Below, piece by piece: positions 10,737 through 20,000 of a DNA stretch of 20,000 nt. The stretch is from Chiloscyllium plagiosum (Eukaryota), in contig NC_057718.1 of NCBI RefSeq assembly GCF_004010195.1, forward strand, positions 7,439,893 to 7,459,892. Reading direction: 5' to 3'. The notes under the pieces are model-generated. The model saw only the letters and a list, made by a program, of their open reading frames with translations, searched no databases and was not told the origin of the DNA. Both the position numbers and the translations under genes were made by a program. Position 1 is the first letter of the stretch, and every line of letters starts with the position of its first letter.

Positions 10737-11334
10737 GTTAGTATGCAGGTACAGCAAGTAATTGGGAAATTTAATGGCATGTTACTGTTTAATTTGAGGG
10801 GTATTGGGTTCAAAAGAAAAGAGGTAGTGCTTCAGTTGTACTAGATGCTGGTGAGATCACATCTGGAGTGCTGTGTTTAGTGTTGATCACTTGATTTAAG
10901 ATGTGAGTACGCTGGAAGCAGTTCAGGGAAGGTTTATCAGACTGATATCAAGGATCGGAGAGTTATCAGAGCAGGTGAAGATGGACAGGCTCTGTATCTG
11001 CTTGTATCCACTGGATTTTGGAAGAGTATGAGGTGATTTGCTTAAAACATAATATCCAGAGACCCCTCAAAAAGGAGGATGTGGAAAGGGTCTCTGGTGG
11101 GAGATATTAGAGTTGGGAGTCACTGCTTAAAAATAAAACTGAGATGAGGAAGACTGTTTTCTCACAGAGTCCTCGAAAGGGAAGCAGAGTTTTTGACTAT
11201 TTTTAGAGCAGAGGTGAATAGATTCTTGGTTAGCAAGGGCTGAAAGGTCATCAGGGCTAGGTGGAAATGTGATGTAATCTGATCAGCTAAGAGCTTATTG
11301 AATGACATAGTCATCTTGAGGGAGCTTACTATTT

Positions 11335-11490
11335 TCAATGTTTGAATGCTTGCTGTGGGAGCTTACTGTGCACAAATTATTTGCTCATTTCCTGAAATTG
11401 CAACAAAAAAAACTTCACCTCAAAAACTACTATGAAGCACTTTGAGTATCGTCAAGGTTACAAAAGGTAACAGAAATCCTTTCCTTTTAA
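11335..11490 (+). mobile_element. DeuSINE-like 3' fragment
   Basis: tgtgggagcttactgtgcacaaatt...tttcctgaaattgcaaca...aagcactttgag resembles the AmnSINE1/SacSINE1 3' region as recalled. Confidence 0.55.
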
Positions 11491-12450
11491 ACGATCAAGT
11501 GCATAACTGGTCACTATCCACTTCTTGGAAAGATTCATAATTGCTTTAACAACAGAAGATTTTTGAAGCAAAGAATTATTTTTTGCACGATTCACAATTG
11601 CGACCTTAAATATTTCCAGCACTGTTTGCTTGTAGCTGTTGAAGTATTTCTTAGCCCTATCTTGCAAAGTGGCTGTCACCTCTCTCAGACATTGTCTGTA
11701 TTTCCCTAGCTGTGCATATTTCTCCAACTGTTACTGTCTCACTGTCTTTGAACCTCTCCCTTTTCCTGTAACCATGCGAGTTCCTTACTGTGTGTTTGTT
11801 GGTCTGTACCAGTCTCTCTTGAGAATATCCATTTCAACACCTGTTGTGAGCTGTCATATTTCACAGTTTCACTCACTATCTGCTTTTGCAGTCTCATATT
11901 TCTCCTCCCAAGTGTCTCTGCCGCCTCCTCAAACACACACACATAACACACACAGTCTAAATTTGTAGAGCTCCATTCAGTTTAATTTGCTGACTTCACT
12001 GACCCCAAGTGAATACTCTAATATTTTTTATGTACAGTCCCATGATCAGTAAGCTCCTCATTTAATATAACCTTCTCATAAATGATCCCACGTCATATGC
12101 CATTGGTGCAAATGTTTGGGTGGATGTGCGTTGGTGAAAAGCGAAAAACATTCACATGCTGCATTTACTTTTCCCTCTTGGTCCAGCCTTTCTTCCCTCA
12201 TCTAAATTCTCAAGTTACATCTCTGACAAAACAATCAACTGGTCCCGACAGAAAATATGATGTTTAGTCTCAAAATGCTTTCTGCTGCTGGTTCTATTCT
12301 AGCGGTCACATCCGACGTCAGTTCCACTGACAGCATTTTTTATCCAGAAGGTTCGGCTGAAAATAATTGGGAGGATGAGGTGCAGAGGGGAATGTTGTAA
12401 TGTTCCATAGAGAAAGGACAGAAATAGCAAGGCTGCCTATCTGCCTCCTG

Positions 12451-12670
12451 ATTTGGAGATGCCAGTGTTGGACTGGGGTGTACAAAGCTAAAAATCACAC
12501 AACACCAGGTTATAGTCCAACAGGTTTAATTGGAAGCACACTAGCTTTCGGAGCGACGCTCCTTCATCAATTGTGTCCTCCACAATCACCTGATGAAGGA
12601 GCACCGAAAGCTAGTGTGCTTCCAATTAAACCTGCTGGACTATAACCTGGTGTTGTGTGATTTTTAGCTT
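12451..12670. mobile_element. Head-to-head inverted pair of PLE terminal repeats, each with a hammerhead core
   Basis: Arms ~12484-12575 and 12581-12671 are reverse complements. TSD tatctgcctcctg (12438-12450) / tatcagcctcctg (12671-12683). Same family as 9290-9350. Confidence 0.88.
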
Positions 12671-12689
12671 TATCAGCCTCCTGGCTTTT

Positions 12690-12990
12690 CCAACTCGATC
12701 CAGCCACATCTCCAAAACTTGCAATTTTTCACCCACCTCATATGCCTCCATCTCTACTCTCTTCCAATTCAGACTTCTGGGATGGTTCCTATTTTGGTCA
12801 AATCACCTAAACTCTGGGATTCCCTCCCAATAAAACTTTCCATCTCTTTACTTCTCTACTAGACACTTCTTAAGACCTGCCACTTTGACAATGCTTTTCT
12901 AACCATGTCAGATTTGGCTTCACAACTTTTCAGCACAGTGCGTTGTTTTACTATTTTAAAGCAGTTATATAACACAAGTTCTTGTTGTTT
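12690..12990 (+). mobile_element. L2-type LINE 3' end, decayed
   Basis: aaactctgggattccctccc (LWNSLP-like), cttcttaagacctgccactttgacaatgctttt, tail aaagcagttatataacacaagttcttgttgtt. Confidence 0.6.
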
Positions 12991-13154
12991 CCTCTTGTCC
13001 CAGCTGTTAGCACTCTTGCCTCAGAACAAGATGGATTTGAATTCCAAAGTAGGAACTGCAGGTGAAAGAGAGGAACAGATCTTTGAGCCTTATCCATTCT
13101 TCAGTTAGATCATGGCCTCTCTGCATCTGAACGTCTTCAGCGCATTTTGGTTCC

Positions 13155-13392
13155 ACACTATTGCCAGATATCGATCAGGCTCAAGACTAGACAATCTAAG
13201 CCCCACTCCTTTAGATTCAATGATTGTGCCATCACTGAATCCCCTACTATCACCATTCACGGGGTTACTACTGACCAGGAACTGCACTGGTCCAGCCAGA
13301 CAGATACTGTACCTTCAAGGACAGGACAGAAGTCAGGAATCCTGCAGTGAGTAACTTACCTCCTGACACCCCAAAGCTTGTTCACCATCTAC
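13155..13392 (+). mobile_element. LINE RT C-terminal fragment (L2/CR1 group)
   Basis: ORF 13147-13350 encodes FNDCAITESPTITIHGVTTDQELHWSSQTDTVPSRTGQKSGILQ (cf. LGV.ID..L.W..HI). Confidence 0.7.
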
Positions 13393-13396
13393 AACA

Positions 13397-13645
13397 TTTT
13401 CCCCTCATGGGGGCATTTATGACCAGAAGGCACGGTCTCAGAATAAAGGGCTGCCAATTTAAGACTGAGATGAGGAGGAATTTCTTCTGTCAGAGGGTTG
13501 AGAGACTTTGGAACTCTTTGCCGCAGAGAGCTGTGGGGACAGAGCCCTTGTGTATATTTAAGGCTGAGGTAGATTGATTCTTGATCTGTCGGGGAATGCA
13601 AGATAATTGGGAAAAGGCAGGAAAGTGGACGTGAGGGATGTCAGA
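13397..13645 (+). mobile_element. CR1 LINE 3' end
   Basis: TRRHGLRIKGCQFKTEMRRNFFCQRVERLWNSLPQRAV. Confidence 0.9.
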
Positions 13646-14018
13646 ACTGATCCGCCTCTTTGGGAAGCTTTCCCTTAATCCTTAGCCCTTCCCCATCAGA
13701 GGAAGTCATTGATCTGTCCTATCGAATCTTTTGCTGATCTTAAAAACCTGAGTTCACGGAGATTGAGTGCTTGTTGATAGCAGTGGAGACATTCCAAACA
13801 GGAAGTTACATTTGTGCTGCCTCAGATGTTCAATTCCGCCCAACAGAGAGACAACTATCCATGTCTCTGCTGACAGACTGTAATATGTATTAATTTCCCA
13901 CTTGTATATGAATGAAGCTGTGGAGTTTCTCCTCTGTTTCTGCAACCACTTATATTTGCACTATTGTATATAACACAGGACTTTGTCAGTACATCTCGCA
14001 CTAGGATAAACTATTCTC

Positions 14019-14863
14019 TCAGCATGCTCCTGCCCCACTGAACTCATCTCTACCTACCTCGACACCCTCCTATCCCCCCTAGTCCAGGAACTCCCCACAT
14101 ACATTCGAGACACCACCCACACCCTCCACCTTCTCCAAGACTTCCGTTTCCCCGGCCCCCAATGCCTCATCTTCACCATGGATATCCAATCCCTCTCCAC
14201 CTCTATCCGCCATGACCAGGGCCTCCAAGCCCTCCGTTTTATCCTCTCCCGACGTTCCCAACAGTACCCTTCCACAAACACTCTCGTTTGTTTGGCCAAA
14301 CTGGTCCTCACCCTTAACAATTTCTCCTTCGAATCCTCCCACTTCCTCCAGACCAAAGGGGTAGCCATGGGCACATGTATGGGCCCCAGCTATGCCTGTC
14401 TCTTTGTTGGCTACGTAGAGCAGTTGATCTTCCGTAATTACACCGGCGTCACTCCCCACCTCTTCCTCCGCTACATTGATGACTGCATTGGTGCCACGTT
14501 GTGCTCCCGCGAGGAGGTTGAGCAACTCATCAACTTCACCAACACATTCCACCCTGACCTTAAATTTACCTGGACCATCTCTGACACCTCCCTCCCCTTC
14601 CTGGACCTTTCCATCTCCATTAATGACGACCGACTTGACACTGACATTTCCTACAAACCCACCGACTCCCACAGCTACCTGGATTACACCTCTTCCCACC
14701 CTACCTCTTGCAAAAATGCCATCCCGTATCCCCAATTCCTCCGCCTCCGCCGTATCAACTCCCAGGAGGAGCGGTTCCACCATAAAACACACCAGATGGC
14801 CTCCTTCTTTACAGACCGCAATTTCCCTTCCCACGTGGTTAAAGATGCCCCCCAACGCATCTC
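14019..14863 (+). CDS. Penelope-like reverse transcriptase, partial; open frame runs into the gap
   Basis: Stop-free from SACSCPTELISTYLD through TMDIQSL, QTKGVAMGTCMGPSYACLF, RYIDD, LKFT, LPFLD, YKPTDSHSYLDYTSSHP, all PLE RT motifs. Confidence 0.9.
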
Positions 14864-15445
14864 NNNNNNNNNNNNNNNNNNNNNNNNNNNNNNNNNNNNN
14901 NNNNNNNNNNNNNNNNNNNNNNNNNNNNNNNNNNNNNNNNNNNNNNNNNNNNNNNNNNNNNNNNNNNNNNNNNNNNNNNNNNNNNNNNNNNNNNNNNNNN
15001 NNNNNNNNNNNNNNNNNNNNNNNNNNNNNNNNNNNNNNNNNNNNNNNNNNNNNNNNNNNNNNNNNNNNNNNNNNNNNNNNNNNNNNNNNNNNNNNNNNNN
15101 NNNNNNNNNNNNNNNNNNNNNNNNNNNNNNNNNNNNNNNNNNNNNNNNNNNNNNNNNNNNNNNNNNNNNNNNNNNNNNNNNNNNNNNNNNNNNNNNNNNN
15201 NNNNNNNNNNNNNNNNNNNNNNNNNNNNNNNNNNNNNNNNNNNNNNNNNNNNNNNNNNNNNNNNNNNNNNNNNNNNNNNNNNNNNNNNNNNNNNNNNNNN
15301 NNNNNNNNNNNNNNNNNNNNNNNNNNNNNNNNNNNNNNNNNNNNNNNNNNNNNNNNNNNNNNNNNNNNNNNNNNNNNNNNNNNNNNNNNNNNNNNNNNNN
15401 NNNNNNNNNNNNNNNNNNNNNNNNNNNNNNNNNNNNNNNNNNNNN
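14864..15445. other. Assembly gap (582 N)
   Basis: Run of n. Confidence 1.
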
Positions 15446-15493
15446 CCCACCCTCCTCTAGCTTATCTCTCCACGCTTCAGACTCTCTGCCTTT

Positions 15494-15528
15494 ATTCCTG
15501 ATGAAGGGCTTTTCCCGAAACGTCGATT
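15494..15528 (+). ncRNA. Minimal type I hammerhead ribozyme motif in the PLE terminal repeat
   Basis: attc-CTGATGA-A-GGG-ctttt-CCC-GAAA-CG-TC-gatt: intact core, palindromic ACGT, predicted GUC cleavage after 15524. Confidence 0.78.
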
Positions 15529-15699
15529 TTACTGCTCCTTAGATGCTGCCTGAACTGCTGTGCTCTTGCAGCACCACTAATCCAAATTCAGGTTTCCAGC
15601 ATCTGCAGTCATTGTTTTTACCTAAACTATTCCACCCTGTCTTCACGGTGTCCTACAGCTGACTGCAAATGTCACTGTTACTTTGGAATGTACCTACCT

Positions 15700-15897
15700 C
15701 TCCACTTAAAGGAGAAGGTAAGGTTTCCATAGACCAAGCAGACCTGAGGGTCATCATGTGTTAGGCAAGGAATGAGGTTGAGATGGCAGGGTCTTCATGG
15801 TAACCATAACCTTCCAGGCCATATGGGAATGGAACCCACCCTGTTGATTTCACTGTGCATCACAAACCTGAAGTCCAGCCAACTGAGCTAACCAACT
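15700..15897 (-). mobile_element. tRNA-derived SINE, decayed
   Basis: Minus strand begins agttggttagctcagttggctgga (A box) and has gggttccattccc (B-box-like). Confidence 0.65.
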
Positions 15898-15944
15898 CGC
15901 AACATCCAAGGCCATGAGCAGTCACATTCTTTTTTAAAGACTTC

Positions 15945-16408
15945 TTTTAATACGCTCAGAGGACGAGGGCATCTCTGGCCAAGCCAACATTCATTGTCCA
16001 TCCCTAATTGCCCAAGAAGCAGTTGAGAATCACCCACATTGCTGTGGGTCTAAAGTAGGCCAGACCCCCTGGTGAGGATGGCAGATTTCCTCGCCTAAAG
16101 ACCTTTAGTGAACCAGATGGGTATTTTTGGCCCCCCTGACGATCAACAATAGCTTCATAGTTATTGTCAGATTTCTTATTCCAGACTTTCATTAAATGCA
16201 AACCTCACAATTTGCCATGGTGGGATTCGAACTGAAGTCCCCAGAACATTACCTGGGTGTATGGATGAATAGGTTAGATCAGAGTGGTGCTGGAAATGCA
16301 GAGCAGGTCAGGCAGCATCGGAGAAGCAGGAAAATCGGCTTTTCAGGCAAAAGCCCTTCATCATGAATTAATACTCTAGCGATAAGGCCACTAGGTCATC
16401 ACCTCCCC
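15945..16408 (-). mobile_element. SINE with LINE-derived tail, interrupted by a PLE solo unit
   Basis: Minus strand starts gggaggtgatgacctagtgg, has B box agttcgaatccc, and a tail gggcaattagggatggacaatgaatgttggcttggccagagatgccc resembling the LINE tail at 1625-1700. Confidence 0.7.
16272..16368 (-). mobile_element. Solo PLE terminal unit with inactivated hammerhead
   Basis: Homologous to 1140-1222 and 15494-15585. Minus strand reads attc-ATGATGA-AGGGcttttgCCT-GAAAAGCC-gattt. Confidence 0.8.
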
Positions 16409-16864
16409 GGATCAGACAGTAGACCATACAACCTAGTCCAGCTTTCACATTGTCAAGGGGACAACTTGATAAACTTTATCACTTCCAACAACAACTTGAA
16501 TTTGAATAACACCTTCATGGTGATAAATATCCCCAAGGCACTTCACCGAAGCACTACATTCTCAATCAGTGAAATTGAAGTTGGGAGTAAAATGGAAGGA
16601 AAGCAAAATCTCTTCTGTGAATGGGCACGTGAATTGTAGTGTTACCATGGCTACTGAAGTGAACGCATGCAGTAGATTTATGAGGCGTTTATGCAGCAGA
16701 CGGAATCCAGTGAGAAAACTACAGTGACATTTGTCAGGTTGGGGTCAGTCAGGAAGGGATGATTAAATCAGGCTTGCCAGCATTACCCATATTCTAAGGA
16801 TAATAATCTGCTCTTTGGATATGGTAGTTTAGCAACTGTTTCAATTTAATTTTAAATGTTAAAA

Positions 16865-17340
16865 AGACATAGAGTCATACAGTTATATAGCATGGAAACA
16901 GACCTTTCGGTCCAAGTCATCCACGCTGACCAGATATCCTAAATTAATCTCGTCCCATTTGCTAGCATTTGGCCCATATCCATCGAAACTCTTCCTATTC
17001 ATTTAGCTATCCAGATGCCTTTTAAATGGTGTCATTGTGCCAGCCTCCACCATTTCCTCTGGCAAGTCATTCTACACACGCAACACCCTCTGCATGAAAA
17101 AGTTGTCCCTGGGGTCCATTTTAAACCTTTCCTCTCTCACCTTAAACCTATGCCTTCTAGTTTTGAACTCCCCTAACTCTGGGTAAAAGACTTTGGCTAT
17201 TCACCCTATCCCTTCATGATTTTATAAACCTCTATAAGGTCACCCCCTCAGCCTCCGACACTCCAGGGAAAATAGCCTCAGCCTATATAGCCGCTCCATG
17301 TAGCTCAAAACCTCCAACCCTGGCAACATTTTTGTAAATT
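16865..17340 (-). mobile_element. CR1 LINE 3' end
   Basis: Reverse-complement homologue of 9380-9624; catagagtcat tail at the left end. Confidence 0.9.
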
Positions 17341-17344
17341 TTGT

Positions 17345-17998
17345 AAAGAGGCCCAGCAATCACTTCTCTAGCTTACCACAGAGTTCTCGGGTACACCTGA
17401 TCAGGTCCTGGGGATTTATCCACCTTTATGCCTCCTGATTTCCCTCTTAAGTATTCTCCTACTGCCTTTATACTCTTCTAAGGATTCACTCGATCTATTC
17501 TGTCTATACATAACATATGCTTCCTTCTTTTTCATAACTAAACCCTCAATTGCTTTAAGTCATCCAGCATTCCCTATACCTACCAGCCTTCCCTTTCACC
17601 CTGACAGGAATATACTTCCTCTCGTTATCTCATCTCTGAAGGCTCCCAATTTTCCAACCGGCCCTTTCCCTGCAAACATCTGCCCCCAATCAGCTTTTGA
17701 AATTTCTTGCTTAATACCGTCAAAATTGGCCTTTCTCCAATTTAGAACTTCAACTTTTAGATCTGGTCTGTTCTTTTCCATCACTATTTTAAATCTAATC
17801 GAATTATGGTCGCTGGCCCCAAAGTGCTCCCCTACTGATTCCTCAGTCACCTGCCCTGCCTTATTTCCTAAGAGCAGGTCAGGTTTTGCACCTTCTCTAG
17901 TAGGTACATCCACATACTGACTCAGAAAATTGTCTTGTACACACTTAACAAATTCCTCTCCATCTTAATTCCTCTCCATCTAAACCTTAACATTATGG
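17345..17998 (-). mobile_element. CR1 ORF2 internal fragment (endonuclease C-terminus/linker)
   Basis: ORF 17596-17913 encodes VPTREGAKPDLLLGNKAGQVTEESVGEHFGASDHNSIRFKIVMEK, including the APE SDH motif. Confidence 0.9.
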
Positions 17999-18000
17999 CA

Positions 18001-18063
18001 GTTTTGGTAGACATGGATGAGTTGGGCCAAAGGGCCTGTTTCTGTGCTGTATGACTCTATGAC
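18001..18063 (+). mobile_element. Very short CR1 3' tail
   Basis: ttgggccaaagggcctgtttctgtgctgtatgactctatgac. Confidence 0.8.
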
Positions 18064-19028
18064 ATTATTTATTTTCTGGGAGTTGATACTGTTTCATCCG
18101 GCAGTGCCTGGTGAGACCCAATTGGACTATCATTGAATGCAGACAGTTAAGAGGCAATGAATGAATGAATGACCCTTTAATGCCAGCTTGCACAAATAGA
18201 GGATGGGCATTGCTAAGTCTACAGACATTGAGTGAGGGCACACCAATGGTCAACCACTCTTAAAGGCAGGTAAAAGATATTGCCAGACATATGGGGGCAG
18301 AGACGTCATGCAGCACTGTTGCCATGACAGTGACTACTGAAGCTGAGGAGCTCCTTGTGGCCAATAGAGAGCTCAGAAAGTGGGCCTTCCCTCACACTTC
18401 CCTCACACACAGTGACACCAGTCCCCAAGAACCCAACAGTAGCTGTAGGTTTTTGATGTCAATAGCCTTTTCACAAGTTGATTAGTCATCTCGATGGCAA
18501 GCCCCACCATGAAGGCAGGAAGTGGCCATTAATTGGCCACATATTTGGCTCACTTGATGTCTGGCTGAATTTCATGGGGGGATTTCTTTCTGGAATCTCG
18601 GGTCAGTTTTCTCCCTCTGTTATCCTAAACCTGTCTCATTAACAATCCACCACGTCCTTACATCGCAGGGTTTGTTGTATCCTGTCTCTCATCACAGGTA
18701 AATGTACCTGCCCACTGTAGGGACTTCCCAGATACCTGGCACCAGCGCAGTCTTTATGGACTGGGTGTGCACCGAGCCAAGTGTTGGAAGTCCACAGCTG
18801 CTGTACATGGTTCCCATCAACTGCCTTGTCAGAGGGAAATTGGTAGCCACTTTTCCAATGGAGACTTGGAGGTTCTGGTTGACGGGGGCTTTGTGTGGTC
18901 ACTGCCCATGGATCATGCCCTGAGATGTTGGTGCCTGCTATCCAAGACGGAAAGGCCAGAAGAGCAAATGAGCTGGAGTCAGCAGGTAACCAGTCCAGCT
19001 TCCACGTCAGTGACTGTCATCATTTAGC

Positions 19029-19528
19029 NNNNNNNNNNNNNNNNNNNNNNNNNNNNNNNNNNNNNNNNNNNNNNNNNNNNNNNNNNNNNNNNNNNNNNNN
19101 NNNNNNNNNNNNNNNNNNNNNNNNNNNNNNNNNNNNNNNNNNNNNNNNNNNNNNNNNNNNNNNNNNNNNNNNNNNNNNNNNNNNNNNNNNNNNNNNNNNN
19201 NNNNNNNNNNNNNNNNNNNNNNNNNNNNNNNNNNNNNNNNNNNNNNNNNNNNNNNNNNNNNNNNNNNNNNNNNNNNNNNNNNNNNNNNNNNNNNNNNNNN
19301 NNNNNNNNNNNNNNNNNNNNNNNNNNNNNNNNNNNNNNNNNNNNNNNNNNNNNNNNNNNNNNNNNNNNNNNNNNNNNNNNNNNNNNNNNNNNNNNNNNNN
19401 NNNNNNNNNNNNNNNNNNNNNNNNNNNNNNNNNNNNNNNNNNNNNNNNNNNNNNNNNNNNNNNNNNNNNNNNNNNNNNNNNNNNNNNNNNNNNNNNNNNN
19501 NNNNNNNNNNNNNNNNNNNNNNNNNNNN
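19029..19528. other. Assembly gap (500 N)
   Basis: Run of n. Confidence 1.
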
Positions 19529-19694
19529 GGGAACAGCACCATCTTCAAGTTCCCCTCTAAGCCACTCACCATCCTGATTTGGAAATATATTGCCATTCCT
19601 TCACTGTTACTGGTTCAATAGTCTGGAATTTCCTCCCTAAGGGTATTGTGGGTAAACCTACAGCAGGTGGACTGCAGCAGTTCAAGATGGCAGG
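19529..19694 (+). mobile_element. L2/CR1-group LINE 3' region
   Basis: Homologous to the reverse complement of 1700-1875; gtctggaatttcctccct (WNxLP). Confidence 0.7.
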
Positions 19695-19699
19695 GTAAG

Positions 19700-20000
19700 G
19701 GGAAATGCCTTGAAGAAGTTTTCCTCCTCTCTCTACAAGAATCTCAGGGAGTCCCTCTCCCACTGCAACTCCCAGGTCATTTCCTCTGCCCTGAAACCCT
19801 TCAACCATATCCTGAAACAAACTTGCCTCATTTCCCTTTCCCCCACCTCACCCTCGTTCCAAACTTCCAGATCAGCACTGTCCCCATTACTTGTCCGGAC
19901 TTGTCCTACCTGCCTATCTCCTTTTCCACCTATCCACTCCACCCTCTTCTCCCTGACCTATCACCTTCATCCCCTCCCCCACTCACCCATTGTACTCTAT
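19700..20000 (+). mobile_element. Probable Penelope-derived fragment (pyrimidine-rich 3' region), running out of the window
   Basis: C/T-rich + strand of the same composition as 14030-14860 and 15446-15495. No diagnostic motif lies inside the window. Confidence 0.5.

Larger units (their letters stand above)
7915..11330 (+). mobile_element. Long, old CR1 LINE (endonuclease/RT linker, RT, 3' end) hosting three nested insertions
   Basis: VHNIIEFHIQFE..LKLNKGNY (cf. SDHNMIEF); pGglHPgvLK at ~9650-9676; DWK.ANV.PLFKK-like at ~9748-9785; gtagatgtactgtactta...tttcaaaaggcatatgat (cf. DVxYLDFQKAFD); cagagggatctgggtgt. Confidence 0.85.
14017..15622 (+). mobile_element. 5'-truncated Penelope-like retrotransposon spanning an assembly gap
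   Basis: RT ORF followed, after the gap, by a pyrimidine-rich tract and a hammerhead terminal repeat. Exact 10-bp TSD taaactattc at 14007-14016 and 15623-15632. Confidence 0.92.

Noticed and set aside
11458..12340. Short ORFs in a repeat-poor stretch
   Set aside because: No recognisable domain or convincing splice signals; lengths are compatible with chance.
12451..12670. MITE / DNA transposon interpretation of the inverted repeat
   Set aside because: The arms are PLE terminal-repeat sequence (matching 9290-9350), are asymmetric at the outer ends, and the duplication is 13 bp.
14079..14855. 258-aa minus-strand ORF
   Set aside because: Antisense shadow of the C-rich PLE RT frame.
14476..15501. 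ORFs of 200-450 aa crossing the N runs (also 18895-19596)
   Set aside because: Lengths are inflated by X residues from assembly gaps.

Overview
Repeat-dense, non-genic vertebrate DNA. The element families (CR1/L2 LINEs, an HE1/V-SINE, DeuSINE-like pieces, Penelope-like retroelements) point to an elasmobranch (shark) genome; this is inference from family recognition, not a database result. No host protein-coding gene is recognisable. The window is a nest of decayed CR1 LINEs carrying younger insertions, many with readable target-site duplications (TSDs). The most notable system is a set of Penelope-like elements (PLEs) from three families carrying minimal hammerhead-ribozyme cores (CUGANGA-A-stem II-GAAA-2 nt-UH). 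It comprises a 5'-truncated RT-coding copy with a 10-bp TSD (14017-15622), a GIY-YIG-tail copy with a 12-bp TSD (8600-9363), four ~100-130-nt solo terminal units that all begin 3-4 nt before the ribozyme core, and a 220-bp head-to-head palindromic double-ribozyme insertion (12451-12670). Also present are a ~640-bp degenerate (TTAGGG)n array splitting a CR1 tail, a 24-bp minisatellite open on both strands, a solo LTR and two assembly gaps.
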